DNA of 64,000 nucleotides from Lama glama (GCA_028534125.1 CM052841.1:25172001-25236000); one strand, 5' to 3'. Positions 11,549 through 26,419 are shown, numbered from the stretch's first letter. Notes: generated by a model not told the origin, from the letters alone. Program-made: numbers and translations.

Positions 11549-14500
11549 TTTCCTTCTCTTCTCGTCTGCAGAAAGCCTTACTGTTACTGGATGTGGGGAA
11601 AAGCACAGAAAGATTCATGAAAACTCTGAATTGGGCAGTTGTTCCCTCGCGGGCTTGGTAGTTGTACACATGGCAGATGTTTACCTCAAAAATATGTTTT
11701 CAGGGAACTGAGAGAGTGGAAGGCAGTGTTGCAACATTCTGGTGGAAAATCAGGGATTTGGAGAAATTGAGGAGTCACAGCTTTTCATTACCAATCAGCT
11801 TTTTATAAAGAACTTTTTAGAGTGTAACACGTGCTGCCACAGAATACCAGCACTGAAGGTCTGATTCATTAGCCGTGATAATCCCTTTGTTTGGGGCTTT
11901 ATTTCCCATTCCCAAGAGGCTGCCTGATTTGTAACATGGGCATTTCAGGCAGAACATTTTGCATAGTCTTGCAACATCTACGGTGTGAGTCTTTGTGTGG
12001 ACCTGAGCAGATGATGTAAATGCTTAACTTTTAAGACAAAAGGAAAAACATTAAGAAGCTCTTTCCTTTGTGCACCCGAGCCATAATGGGAATGAGAATT
12101 AAAGAAACCTCACCGTGAAGTCTATCGGTGCTAAGGTTTCTTTTGTCTGTTTTCCAGAGTCGTGGTATATGTATGTGCCTAATAGCAAGGTTTTAAATAT
12201 GGTTTCTATTTAAAATCACTGTTCTCTCATGTTGCCTCTGGGGTGAGGATCTAATTTTCTATGTCAGTGCTGCCCTGGTGGTATATCCTTAGGGCGGCTC
12301 GATAAGTCTCTTGGTTGACATGTGTACTATGCAAATTCCATCTCGAGCTTCATCTTGAACTCCCTGTAGTTTGGGTCTTTGTTCCTTGTGCATACACAGT
12401 CTCAGTGCCTACTCCTCACAGCTACCTCAATAGTAACTTTTACAGTCTTCTTTTAAATGTGCTAATTATAAAGGTTAAAGCAAAGACATTAATTGGCTAG
12501 GCACCTAAACTGGAGAAATGTTATTCAGTCCAAATACATTGATTACTGTATAAACGAGAACAGGTTTGATGTGTAGGCAGCGTAAAAGGCTCTGAGGCAA
12601 GGACTCCAAACCCACTGCTTGATGATGATTTTATCATGCGTTTCCATATGAGACCCCTCGGCCACACCTTCAAAGAAAGAACAGATATATTGATACGGAG
12701 CCACTTTGAGATTTTCTTCCCGTGCCACGGCACTGCGGGAAGCGGGTGGCTTAGAGGCCTGGTAAAGATTTTTCAGGTTTTAGTTCCAGCTGCATATACG
12801 GTGTAGTGAGTTCCAGGGCAGGTTCTCAGGGACAAAGTTCTTAGATGATGTGCCAGGGAAGATGCAGGGGCTTAGTCAGTTTGCGACTGCAGGTACAGAT
12901 TATTCTTGTTATTGATGTGTCTGAGAGTCAAGGCAGAAATCTCTCCTTTTGGGGGAGCTCTCATCGTTTCAGCGTTGCTGCAGAAGAAAAGGCCAGATAA
13001 AAGCTAAACGTTCAGAATTATTAAAGCATGGTCAGTCCGCTCATGTACAAAGCTGTTTCTGTAACAGAATTACTGTTTGGGGACATTCAAAGTTGGCTCG
13101 AGGAAGAGGCCATTTTGGTGATGAAAGGAGAAAAAAATATATCTGGTCCATGGGATCAAAAGAAAAAAGAAACTCTGTGTAATAATGTCTTCTGGTGCAC
13201 CCCAAAACTAGAGGTGAGCTCCAGTGGGTTGAGTTACTTAAGAATGGACTGAGAACCAGAATGATGTCTACAAGCCCTTTGGCTTTCTGGGAAAGGCCTT
13301 TATTTGATGGGCCAAACATATTCTGCTTGAGGATTGGATCTCCACAGAATGAAACAGGCCATCAAAGCCTGTACCATGGTGATCAGAAGGCTTCTGTCCA
13401 GGATGTTTCTGTTGATTTGGATACCAACTATAGTCTCAGACCCAGGGCACTTGGTTGTAACATTTTAGTAGTCAGTCCAGATTTTTGGCAGGCTTTTGTT
13501 TAGTTTATTTGTCTCTAAGCTTGAGACATAAGGAATTGAAATTTGAGAACATTGCTGTGTCTTGGAACTTAAAATTTAAAAAGCTTTTGGAAATGATTTT
13601 TCTTTTTTTCAGCTGCTGCATTGAAGAATAGAATTTAACTTTTATAAATGACTGTTGGGTAATGTAACCACAATTTTTTTTTGGTTTTTTTTTTTTCCCA
13701 TGGACAGTGTAAGCAGGTGGTTTGACCAGAGTTGAAGAATTCTTTTCTTTTTTCTTTCCTTTTTGCCAAATCTAGAGGATGTAGATGGTGGTAGGAAATG
13801 TTTATGGGGAAAATGGGCTATGATATGGTTGTGGCCAATGGCTTGTGCATTTATACTACCTCATTCAGGTTCCTCCTCTTTCCCATAGTTGCCATTAAAG
13901 GAAACTTCTCTTTGCTGATTACACTGACACCTGCTTTGCTTGTTATGCTTCATCTCTTAGGCAAACAAACTCAACGTGGGGATTTTTAAAGAACTCAGTA
14001 TATTATTCAATCGCCAGGTAGACAGTCTATCCTTAAGTATAGTTTATCAGTTATTTTTCCCTATGACTTTTGAGTCCCTAAATGCTGGGAGAGAAAATTA
14101 ATCTGACATTTTGGTACTTTTTATGCTTAACAACTTTATTTGGTAACTATCTGTTTTGATACCCTACAAGCATCATAGATATTTTCTGTTCTTTAATCCA
14201 TTGCCAACCTTAACCATTGCTCATGACCCCTTTTTTATTGGTATGATGCATTTAAGTTTTCAAGGTATTATATACATTATCTCTCTGAACTTCACAACAG
14301 CCTCTTGAAGCAGGCCATTCTCTGTGGCAGAAATTCCTTCTTGGACACCATGATATCTTTATCCTTATGTCTTCATGGAATTCAGGTGCAGGGGATTTTT
14401 GTTGAGAACACNNNNNNNNNNNNNNNNNNNNNNNNNNNNNNNNNNNNNNNNNNNNNNNNNNNNNNNNNNNNNNNNNNNNNNNNNNNNNNNNNNNNNNNNN

Positions 14501-15986
14501 NNNNNNNNNNNNNNNNNNNNNNNNNNNNNNNNNNNNNNNNNNNNNNNNNNNNNNNNNNNNNNNNNTCAGCTTTCAATTTAAATCCTGAAAGAGACAGGCA
14601 GAAAACCACGTGTCTTTGTGGGTGTGGTGATTGGAGATGGAAAGAGTTGACTTTCTCCATCTTCCCTCGCTCCCACTCTGAGAGGCCATGTTTCTGAGAC
14701 ATCTGTCAGATGTACAGCTCTGCTTTGTGCATCATCTTCATTTGAGACAACTGCTAGCTTCAGCCATTCATGTTCTCTCTCCCTAGCCCATCCCCGTGTC
14801 CTCTCCATGTCGTGAATCCTCTTGCTTTTGCAGAACTTCTGCTCACCAGGTGGGTCCTTCTGAGCTTTCATGTGTCTATTTTATTTATTTATTTTTACCC
14901 ACAGGCTTATTCCATGTTCATCATTGTCTGAATTGTCATGAATTTTGGATTTAATTCCAGACAGTCACAGGCATGTTTTCAACTGAGCAAACCAAATGAA
15001 GTAAAAAGCCTCATTCCCCTTTTACTTTATTCTCATTACCCATCCCAGCGGGGAGGATGAGTAAAGAATGCATCCTCTAGATCCTGAAAGAATTTCTAAT
15101 ATTCATTTTTTTCTCCGTAAGATACAGAGCTTAATCCTTTCTTTAGACATTTTCTTTTTTCTAAATAAACAGGGCCTAATTGGAAAAAGCTGAGAGAGCT
15201 AAGCAGAAAAGAATAGAAAACATTTACTGAGCTTGGAAGTGCATATTGAATACTGCGGGAAATTTGCATATNNNNNNNNNNNNNNNNNNNNNNNNNNNNN
15301 NNNNNNNNNNNNNNNNNNNNNNNNNNNNNNNNNNNNNNNNNNNNNNNNNNNNNNNNNNNNNNNNNNNNNNNNNNNNNNNNNNNNNNNNNNNNNNNNNNNN
15401 NNNNNNNNNNNNNNNNNNNGTTACTGCACTTTGTACTAGGGAAAAGACAAAGTAAGGAACAGAGCTGTGCCTAGAATACGAGCAGGCTATCTCTGATTTA
15501 ATCCCTGAACATTGTACCATTATTTCTAAGCTTTGGCAGGAGGGTTGCCTCTATGAGAGGGGTCTAAGTCACATTTTCACCTCTACAGTTGTGACTACTC
15601 TTGATTCTAATCCTTGGATTCCTCCTTAGTGCCTCAGTTTCTCCAAATGCGAAGTGGAGGGTAATGTTTAGCAGCACTAATAGAAACAGGAGGAAAAGAA
15701 TCAATGAATATTTATAAAAGTAAATTGAGTCCCTGGGATATAAGATCCCTCAGAAATTCAAAGCATAATTAAGATAGGGAGAACAGATTAGCGTTAAATG
15801 TATGTGTGAAACACATTTTACATTTCCTTCCAACAAAGACTGAATTTAATTTACTCTAAGTGAAGAGGAGAAAAAAGGAAAAATAAACTGTTATTGTGAA
15901 TTAGGATTCTAAATTTGGATTTTGATATGTTGATTGGTGTACTATAGACATAAAGCCACATGTTGACTTTTTCAGCAAGTACATGC

Positions 15987-16015
<29 letters not shown>
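15987..16015. repeat. (TG)n microsatellite
   Basis: Directly visible. Confidence 0.95.
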
Positions 16016-16017
<2 letters not shown>

Positions 16018-16871
16018 TAGAGGAGGGATATACATAAGAAGCAAATCTAATTACCATTGGCAATACTCCTTCAGGAGAGCCACACCAAGTACTAGAGAAA
16101 GAATTGTTATCAAAAAGGTATTTAAAACTCTTTACCTTTAATCTATAGAAAAATCATTAAACATGGATCAGCTCTTTGTATTGTGGCTGAGGCCAGACCA
16201 CGTGAACAAAGAGATGCTCAGACACTGCCTGCAGAAAACATCTACATTATTGTGTCATTGTTTGAGGAAACAACCCAAACTCTGTCACTTTACAAAAGAA
16301 TCATTGACTATTAATAGATGTGGAAGTTGGTGTAAAATAGAACAAAATATCAATATCCATCAGCCTGTTTCAGGCTTTCACAATGGCTTGGAAACTGCTG
16401 GAAAGAAAGATTTGTGCAACATCGGTCACAGAAATGGAAAGAAATCCTAGTAGATAAGCAGGACCCTCTGTGTTTAAAAACAACAAAGTGCTGCATGTGC
16501 ACTAATTTGTTCAAAAAAAAAAAACCTAAAAAAAGGCAAATATTTATGAAAGATTTTATCATAAAAGTAGATAGTATAGAAATCCAAGTTCACTTTTTTC
16601 CTGGCCAGATTCTTTTGACACAAGTAAACCTTTCACTGGGATAATGAAGACATGACTAAACTTTCTGAAGAGACAGAGTTCACCAAAGAATATATGTAGT
16701 ACAGACCCCAAGTCCCAGAGAAAACCAAGAAATGGTGATCCTTCCTCCTTCCAAGCAGACATCTGTATGAATATCTAAACCAGGAACCGCCTAGGTAATA
16801 ATCACAATGTGATTTTTTAAGATTCATCTGGGGAAAAGCTGTGTTTGGGTTGTCAGTTTGACCCCTGGGAA

Positions 16872-17030
16872 CTTTCTATACAAAGTGCGGCCTCAGTACC
16901 ATTAGCATCTCTTGGGAGTATTTTTAGAAATGTAGACTCAGGCCCCACTCCAGACCTGCTGGATCAGAGTCAGCCTCATAATGAATTCCTCTGGAGATCT
17001 GTGTATAAATTTAAGTCCAGGAAGCACTAT
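16872..17030 (+). mobile_element. MER5-family hAT-Charlie MITE
   Basis: caaagtgcgg...agcatctcttgggag..ttagaaatgtagactcaggccccactccagacctgctggatcagagtc. Confidence 0.72.
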
Positions 17031-18939
17031 CCTAAGATTCCACTTGGTATGTGATTGTTTCAGGTCTCATGTATTACCTCCACACAATAATGGATAAACT
17101 TTTGGTGATTGATTTTTGAGCATTAAATAACTGATGATTGAGAGTAGCTTTGACATTTGGATGATCTGACTTAACATTACCCATCAATCCCAGATTTTTC
17201 CACTCTCATTCATTGGGCCCTGGCAAGTTCCATGCACCGGGCTAGGCTCTGGAAACAGAGAGATGGACAGGATTGATGCCAAGCTCAGGAGATAACTGTT
17301 ATGCAGATGATTACTTAAATTGTTACTTAATGGCAGATGAGTAAAGAATTATGAAGGAGAAATAAAGTGTGTAAAGAAGATGCCAAGTGGGTGAGCCCGG
17401 TGGCGTCCAGAAGATCAGACAGTGCCATGGGATCCCCTTGGGCGGTCCTACCCTTTGGAAGCTTCTGGTTCAAGGGGATCTCTTGAGTGAGTGGACCCCA
17501 GGTATGCAGAAGAGCAGCAAGGTGGATTCCCATTTCCCAATAGTAAGGTGGCTAAGAAAGAAGGAAGCTGCTGCCTTTGAGCTAACATTTTTCCCCTTGA
17601 ATAAACATTTTTATTGGCCATATGATTTTATTTTTTGAGGTGCCAAAAGCTTACCTCGTTTGCTCAAATTAGAAAAATAATAAACACCACAAGTCCAGAG
17701 AGCATGCAAAAAAGAGCTCTAAATGGGGCAGTAGTTCCAGCTCTGCTTTATTGATTGTCGTTCTCCAGATTCTCTTGGCCTGGGTGAACCTGTGGCTAGG
17801 CAGCTTCCTCTTTTCCCTCTCGCCCTCAGCAGGGTTGTCTTAAAGTGATCAGCAGTATCCCCATCTATCTTTACCATGGCTTCAGCTGACCTCAAATCAG
17901 CCAGAGGGCCGATGTTTTTTCCTGCTTCTCTCTCTCCTCACATTCCTTCTGTTTTTCTTGTTGAGGTTGCTTTTCCATCTCAGTCATTTCAAGTTTGAAT
18001 TTGATTTGCATATCTAAACTGCTAATTATACCAGTTACTTGCAGTGCTTCTGCATTCCAAAAAAGAAGTCTGAAACTGACCCCTTTCATTAAAGTCAGTG
18101 TCAGTTTGCCCTGAAATTTGGAGCTATGGCGACAAGTCTTTTTTTTTTTTTCCTTAAAAATGTATTTTTAAAAGGCCAGCTGCCAACGACTGTATTTTTC
18201 AGGTNNNNNNNNNNNNNNNNNNNNNNNNNNNNNNNNNNNNNNNNNNNNNNNNNNNNNNNNNNNNNNNNNNNNNNNNNNNNNNNNNNNNNNNNNNNNNNNN
18301 NNNNNNNNNNNNNNNNNNNNNNNNNNNNNNNNNNNNNNNNNNNNNNNNNNNNNNNNNNNNNNNNNNNNNNNNNNNNNNNNNNNNNNNNNNNNNNNNNNNN
18401 NNNNNNNNNNNNNNNNNNNNNNNNNNNNNNNNNNNNNNNNNNNNNNNNNNTTGCTTTACTACCATGTCTTTTCAGTATTATTTACTGAGCAGCTGAAATA
18501 ATTGGGCTTTGAATTTTTTAGATTACTATAAAGCAAGACCTATTGTCACTTATTGCTGGGTATAATTGTACCATATGTATTTAGTGCAGCTATTTATTCA
18601 TCTCCCTGGTGGATAACTTTGTCAAAGTGAATTGAGATATTTCTGTGTGTGCAGTTGGAATCTAGAAAACATTTGCATTTCATGTAGCACTTAAAAATAT
18701 TAGAGGGCTTCACAAATATTTTTTTTCTTCAGACCTGAGGGTCTGTTCTTTAAATTCTACTTATATTTTATTAGTCTTCACTGTTTGTTAGAACAAGTAC
18801 TGTTCATGTGAGTATATAGTTATCTTGAGTGGATTTTAAGCCCTAGCAACATAGTTTTAAAAAGAGAAAGGAAGGAAGGGAGGGAGGAAAAGAAAGCGTT
18901 TTAATATAAATAGCTTGTATATTAATATATAATAACTAA

Positions 18940-19815
18940 TTTGTCCATTATTGAACAAACCTGCATTGGGAGTTTTCTGTGCACATTAGTGCATCATGGA
19001 AAGGACCAGCCCGGTCCCTGTCCTAAAGGAGCTCAACCGCCGTGAGGATGTTATAAGGCATATGTGTGGGAGCCTAAACCTAAGCTTGGGGATGGAGGCT
19101 GCTTTCCTGAAAAAGGGATATTTAAGCTCACTTGGAAAAAACAAGTAATATTTAACTAGGAAAATAGGAGAAAAATGTTTTCCCAGGCTAAGGAAATACA
19201 AGTGCAAATGCCCTGAGGTAAGAAAGGACACAGCATCTCCAGGGAACTGAAAGACCAGTCTGGCTGCAGCCAAGGGAGCAAGAGGGAAGAAAGAGGAGGT
19301 GAGGAGGAGGGGGGAGAGTAGGCAGGAGCCAAACCAAGCAGGACCTTGTAAGCCATGGTTAGGCTTCGGTCTTTATCCAAAACCAATGGGAAATCTTTGA
19401 AGAGTTTACCACAGGGAGTAACATGATCAGATTTCTAGTTTTCATCAGATTACTCCTGCAGCCATTTTGGGCAAAAGTAGTTGGAGGAGAGTCTTTAGGA
19501 GATTACTGAAGTAGACCAAGTGGAAGAGGATGGTGGCTTAGACTAGGGGAGGTCAAATGTTGATGGAGAGCAGTAGAGATGTTTGAGAGATACCTAGATA
19601 CTAGAGGTGTGTGTAGGAGAGAGAGATGTCAAGGATTATTTCCGGGTGCTGGGCTGCACTGTTGAATAAATAGAGAGCAGGGAGTGAAGCGCTGTATGAG
19701 GAGAAAAGTCATTGTTATGTGTTGGAATATTTACTTTGAGGTACCTGTGAACCATCAGTATGGAAACATTGAATAGGAGGTAGGGCCTGGAGCTCAGAGG
19801 AGAGGTCCAGGCCAA
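18940..19815 (-). mobile_element. Long L2 fragment
   Basis: ggtccctgtcctaaaggagctca...agtgcaaatgccctgaggt...ccttgtaagccatggttagg...ggatggtggcttagactaggg...gcctggagctcagaggagaggtc. Confidence 0.85.
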
Positions 19816-20679
19816 GTGTAATGTTGATAACCCTGTGCCTTCTGATATGATACAGGTTGGATTTTTATATCCAACAAAGGAAAATAGTAAAATGAACTAT
19901 TTTTCTCTTTCTTGAGGAATTTTACTTCAAGTGGAGTTAGAAATGCTATAACAAATATTTAGGCAAATATTGAATCATTAACCATTTTTCAAAAAACATT
20001 TACTGAGCATCTAATACATATTAGGCACCTGTTATATTATGGGAACTTCTAAAATATCATTCTTTTCCCCATAAGTAAGGTTACTTTGAAGAAAGGCTTA
20101 GCCAAGTGGGCAACTAAGAAGGATTAAGTTTTGTCACCACTGGTAGTAAGTTGGTAGTAAATTCAGGAGCTTTTTCATTTGATGAAATGAATGAGGGTTC
20201 ATTCTGTAAAGTATTTCATTGTTTGGCTGAATGTGCAACCTTGAAGTCCTTCCAGAGTGCTCAGGTTGACTATTTCATAACAGGTCTGACTTTGCATTCG
20301 TTTCTCCGCAGCCTAAGCGTCTGAGTGGTTTACAGATGCATACCACTTTTATTTTTTAATTTGAGAATTACAGTTATTAAAACAAAAGAGTATGCCAAGA
20401 ACATAAGACTCATAATACTTATTAGTCATTATTAATGACTTCCTTCTATGCTCAGACTTTGGTGAGAATGATTGGTATAAATTAGGATTTTGACACTATT
20501 CACTATAGCAAATTTAAGCTACTAGTATTTTTCACTTTGTAAGAAAACAAAAGAAAAAGCATGTTTGGATTCCTTCCAAAACACATTTTTTTCTTTATCT
20601 CTTTAACCTCTTGAGAGGTAACATTACCTTGGAGTTGCACAGAGGAAATCTTTGTTAAATGATTGAGTCCTTTTGATCA

Positions 20680-20780
20680 TGATTCTAGTTGTCGACCTGC
20701 CACTTACTGTGTCTTTGGCAAGTCACTTGACCTCTCTAGGTCTCAATTCTCTTCACTTGTAAAATCAGGGTAATAGTATT
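20680..20780 (+). mobile_element. MIR core fragment
   Basis: ctgccacttactgtgtctttggcaagtcacttgacctctctaggtctcaattctcttcacttgtaaaat. Confidence 0.8.
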
Positions 20781-23284
20781 AGATAACTTGAATACATGAT
20801 AAGATAATGATGGCTAACTTTCATTGGGAATTTACTGTGTGCTAAATAGTTTCATGTCAGGATTGTTGGCTCTGTAAGATGACTAAGGAGATAAAATAAA
20901 CATATCTTAGAAATAATATGTTTTACTCATTTTAAAATTTCTTTGGAGAATAAGAAACAATAGTAGTTTAAATTCAGTGAAAAGATCAACTACTCTAAAT
21001 AATACGCCAGTATTCTCATCAAAACAAAATATCCATGATCCACATCAAATGTGACAATTTAGGTAAAATTTTACCATTCTTCTGGTAAATGGAGTCAAGT
21101 TCCAGAAAGAGGAGGAAGTTATGTTAAGTAGAAGAGTCAAGGGAATTGAGATTACAATTCTTAGCCGAAGATTTACTTAAGAGTTATAGGGATCAAACTC
21201 AGCACATGCATACAGTGATTGAATACCCCATGGGTCTCAATATGTAAAAGGTCATACATGGAAAGGGTTAATGGATTTGATGATAGTTTCTTACCCATGC
21301 TTAAACCATGGGAATATATATAGGAAGAAGGGGCAAGATGTAAGAGTGATTCCGTCAAAAAACAAGAAGGAAAAGGGCTCAAAGAGGAGTTAGCTAGTTT
21401 AAAATCACAACAAGGAAGAAGAGCAAGGAGAAGGAATGGGAGGTTTTCTGAGCACCTGCTATATGCCAGTGAGGCACGTGATGGGAGAGACATGTGGAAG
21501 AGATCAGTTGTGAAAGCAAGAATGTTGGAGGTGAGGCATTTTGGAAGCAAGCGGGTGAGTAGTCTTGATGAATCTTGCGGGTTGTCAAAAGAATTGTCAG
21601 TCCCGGGACTGTGGAGCTGCCCTGGAGCATCACTCCGCGCTCGCACCTCTATAGTGGCTGCCAGGGCTAATGCAAGGTTTGAGTTCCATTATTTTCATAT
21701 CTGCTTCTTTTTTTAAGCAGCCAGATGCTGATGACTTTTAGCAAGTACCAGAATTTATATTTAAGCCATGCATAATGAAAATTGACGGCTTTTTGTTGAG
21801 AAAAGCACGGTGTCAGGAAAATATCCCTGCCACTCTCTTTCTCCCTGTCACAGTGGTGGAAATTTTACATTTGAAAGTGAAAAGGCTTAAGATATAATTT
21901 TTTAATCCCATCTTTCCTGCCCACTTGCATCTTTTCCAGAGCTTGTCAGGGCCAGATCTGGAATAGTAAGAGCCATTAAAAATTTGGCATCCTGTGCTCT
22001 GCTTTTTGGAATAAACTCAGTGTGGGCCAATTTATGGTAAATTATTCTCTTCATGTGTGAATTTCCTTTTCTCTTTTGGCAAATTCATGCTTGCCTCTAC
22101 ACCCCTGCACACAGATCTTAAATACACACAGTTATTACAAGAATCTGTGTGGGATATGTGTGCAAGTGTTAGTGTGTGCCCGTGNNNNNNNNNNNNNNNN
22201 NNNNNNNNNNNNNNNNNNNNNNNNNNNNNNNNNNNNNNNNNNNNNNNNNNNNNNNNNNNNNNNNNNNNNNNNNNNNNNNNNNNNNNNNNNNNNNNNNNNN
22301 NNNNNNNNNNNNNNNNNNNNNNNNNNNNNNNNNNNNNNNNNNNNNNNNNNNNNNNNNNNNNNNNNNNNNNNNNNNNNNNNNNNNNNNNNNNNNNNNNNNN
22401 NNNCTAGGCACGCCAATTCTTAATAAAACTGAAGACAAGCAGTGGCATTTCTTCTCTTTGTAGTTGAAGACAACTGCAGGGCAGTCTGTCCACTGCCGAC
22501 AGGAAAGGCAGAGCCAAGGCCTTGCTGCAGCTCCTGTGCTCTGACTACAGAAAGATCTGGAGCTAGGAGTAGATACAGTCTTGAGTTATATCAGATTGTA
22601 GTTTCTTCCTCCTATTCAGAGAGGTTGGCTATAGGATGGTGGGCAGAGGCATTGCGTGGGAAATTGCTTGACCAGCTTTTTGGGGATATTTGACTCAGGG
22701 CAGTTCAGGGCAGGGTCCCAAAGATCTTTTTTCCTTGCATGAGAAGCTCTGATGAGAGGCTGTTTCCTGGCTTATTTGAGAGCATATTAGCTCAGTTTAG
22801 GGCAATTTAAAACAGTTTCTTTTCCTTTGTGTATGGAGGGGCACACATTTATGTGCCTTGAATTATTATTGCTAATAACATGTTCCCAATGGGTCTGTGT
22901 ATATTTAGCTAAGATTTGGAAAAGGGTGTGGTAGGAAAACAGCCCACTCCCTTCACCAGTATTGCTACAAATTTCTCAGAACATCAATAAAGAAGCTAAT
23001 GCATCACATCCACAAAAAAAATACAGCCATATGTTGTTGTTAGTATTGTTTCCCCACATGATTAGATATTAAAATAGTTATATATTTTACAGTAATTCTG
23101 TAGAACATTAAATCCAGCAAAACCCATAAATGCATTTTATAGCTTTTGCGATGTTGACTATTTGATGTCATCATGAATGGTGACTGGCCCTACCTAATTA
23201 AAAGGCCTTAATGAGCTTATTACACAAGGAAGTCTAGGACATCAATATGCTTTTTTACAAAGCGTTCATTTTCTCCATTTTGTT

Positions 23285-23640
23285 TAGCATTTATTTAGCA
23301 AGTAATCTGCAGTCACTTGAGTATATGCCAAGCACTGTACCCAGTGCTGGCAATAAAAAGATTAATAAGACTCAGTCCTTTATCCTCATAAAGCTCTGAC
23401 AGCCTAGTGGGGGAGACAAACAGTCCAATTAGTGTACCTCTGTGCATTAGCAAGGCAGTGGGCAAGGCATGGTGGTGTGGGGGGAGTGATCCATTGTACC
23501 CTGGTGAAAGCATAAAGGAGGGCCTCACAGAGGAGGTGACGCCAAACTAAAGGGTCAGTAGGATGTCATCAGGCACAAAGAATAGCAGGGGCAGAGGCAA
23601 AATAGAGTTAGGGAACTGCAGCTGGCCTGGCCTGGAGCCC
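23285..23640 (-). mobile_element. L2 3' fragment
   Basis: tatatgccaagcactgt...aataagactcagtcct..cctcataaagctctgacagcctagtgggggagaca...ggagggcctcacagaggaggtgac. Confidence 0.78.
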
Positions 23641-26419
23641 GATGGGAAAGGTGGGAGGACAGAGAGCAGGGGACAGACCTGGCCACATACATGCTAAGCC
23701 CTTCTGTCACAGGTGGTCTCTCTCCTCCTCTGTTTCTGTTTCTCCATTTCTCTTTTCTTTTTGCCTACTTAGTTCTCTTTTACTTCATTCATCCCTATCT
23801 GTCTTAAACTTGAGAGAACTTTGAGAGGAACTAGGGCTTTAGAGAATGTTGCTGACATTTTTAAAATGCAAAAAAATAATGCCTAAAATCCAAAGGCTGA
23901 TTCCTCCAACTTCCCTGCATCCTCACTCCTAGTATATAGAAAGTAATTTGAGGGTGTTTTGGAGCAGGCTGGGTCAGATTCCAAATTTGTTCTGAGTGTG
24001 TGTCTGCCTCCTGGCATATGCTACGAATGCAGGAAAGGTAGGATGGAACCTGACAGTTATTGTGGACCATCCACACAGCCTCTAGAGTGCTGAATGTGCA
24101 AGAAACTCTGTATTCCCTGGCCCACTGTTGTACGGATTGGTACTTACAGAATTTGAAAAATTGTTTTCCTAAATATAAAGGAGCAAAATATCTAAAAGTT
24201 GCTTTTATAAACATACTTTATATATACTTCATGAAATATTGTGCTTATGTAGATCCATGTATATGGGATTACATCTAACTCTGTGGTGGTCAGAAACACA
24301 GATACACAGAAAATTAAATAATTTAAGTTCTTTTAGGTATATTTATGCAGGACCAATTACGTAGCGATAAATATATTTACTCTACTGGCATGCAAGCAAA
24401 GTGCATTTACTGAGGTCTGACTGTGAACCTCTGAAGGATACATGCTCTGGTAGATACGTATTTGCAGACCGCATGGAATCAGTGCTAGCAAACAACAACA
24501 ACAACAAAATCCAGGCAACTTACTTCTTGTTATGTTTAAACAACCCCACACAACCAGTTTTCATTATTTACCCACTCACAAAATAATTATTTGCTTGAAA
24601 TTGTAGTTTTCTGGCATTGTATTGACATGACATGAATAATATATGATCCTTTATATTTGTTGAATAACTGGAGATAGCCATATGATCTGTTTTAAATTTC
24701 AGTGTTGCACTGTGGAATATTCTTTTCCCAGAATATAATGCCCATGATGAGGTTCCATTTGTCCCCAGCTCCTTTCAATTATTATAAACCAGACATTTGA
24801 TAATTTCCATAAAAGTTTAGTATGGTTCAAATGTTGGCACAGAAATGACATATTTCTCTCTACAATGTTATGTGGCTCCTAGAAACATTTTTTTCCTCTT
24901 TTCATTTTTTATGTTGCCCCCTCATTTATTTTGCCACCTCGTTTAAAGTGCCCTTTTAAAGATCAGCTGCTGCCCATGACCCAGAATGTTAAAAAAACAA
25001 CAAATTGCCTTAAACCAATAGGAAACACATACATACTGCCCATTTAGGTCACCTTTGTTTTATACAGATTTCTTAATCAAAAACAAGAAACACAACAAGC
25101 CAGGAAGTTGTATTTATGAGCTAGTTAGTAGATTCATTTTGTACACTAGAATAACAAGGAAAAACATAGTAACTGGAATCTCTTTATTACCATGGTTTAG
25201 GAAAAACATTACAGAAAGGGTTTTATATTAATTCTACTAAATGTTAATGGTTCCAGAAAATCTGGATGAATGAGTACCGTAGACCACTTCAGAATGCCAG
25301 ATGAGTGGCATGCATTGAAGTAGCTGACTCACTGAGGCCAACGTGTCAGTCTCCTCCCCACTCTGGCTGCCCCAGCCAAGCCAAGGAGACCAGGAAACTT
25401 TGAAGGCTGTCCTCGGAAATGCAAGTGCAAATCTATTCAGATATTGGAAACTTTGGAAAATCAGTTTAGGGTGCCCTGATTTCCTTGAGGTTAAGAGAAC
25501 TCTCAGGATTATCCAGAGGTAATCCTACCACAGTGTTAAATAAATTTCCGATGAGGCCACTATTTCTCTGCCTAGAACCTTTGGAATATTATAAAACCGG
25601 TATTACAATTTAACAACCAAATGGAAACAGAAACTCCCTTTCTGTGGGTACATTGTTCCCTTATGGACAAGAAGGTGATTAGACTGAAAATATGAGTAAA
25701 ATCACAAAGTGAGAACAGAGACATCTTCTCTGTCCTCATTACAGAATTAGTATCTGAATGAAGCATGGAGAGGAAGGAACTCCGTATTGCTCAGTGTAAC
25801 AAATTCATGAACTAGACACTTTTTCAAAGCCTCAAAACATTTGGATTATTTTCTTTTTCTCCCTTTATGTAACACTTTCTACAAACTGAGGTGGTAAATA
25901 CTAAGATTTGCTGGAGCATCCAGTCCTAAGGAGAATGCACTGGGAACAGAAACCGCAGGGTGGCACGAGGTGAGCCAGATGTCCAAATGCGAATGAGACT
26001 GAAGGAGAAACGAAGTCAGAGGGTCCCTGTGTGCTTCTGCAGTCTTTCTGTTTTGTTCCTTGTCTTNNNNNNNNNNNNNNNNNNNNNNNNNNNNNNNNNN
26101 NNNNNNNNNNNNNNNNNNNNNNNNNNNNNNNNNNNNNNNNNNNNNNNNNNNNNNNNNNNNNNNNNNNNNNNNNNNNNNNNNNNNNNNNNNNNNNNNNNNN
26201 NNNNNNNNNNNNNNNNNNNNNNNNNNNNNNNNNNNNNNNNNNNNNNNNNNNNNNNNNNNNNNNNNNNNNNNNNNNNNNNNNNNNNNNNNNNNNNNNNNNN
26301 NNNNNNNNNNNNNNNNNNNNNNNNNNNNNNNNNNNNNNNNNNNNNNNNNNNNNNNNNNNNNNAACCTAAATTTAAAAATTAGATTTTAGTCTTCCACACT
26401 TTTTAAAACATTTGCATTC

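Noticed and set aside
18190-18204. tgtatttttcAG|GT as a recursive splice site
   Set aside because: The rest of the donor falls in a gap, so it cannot be evaluated.
21173-21646. 157-aa minus-strand ORF
   Set aside because: No recognisable domain. It is Ser/Leu-rich from purine-skewed DNA and may be a decayed L2 interior.
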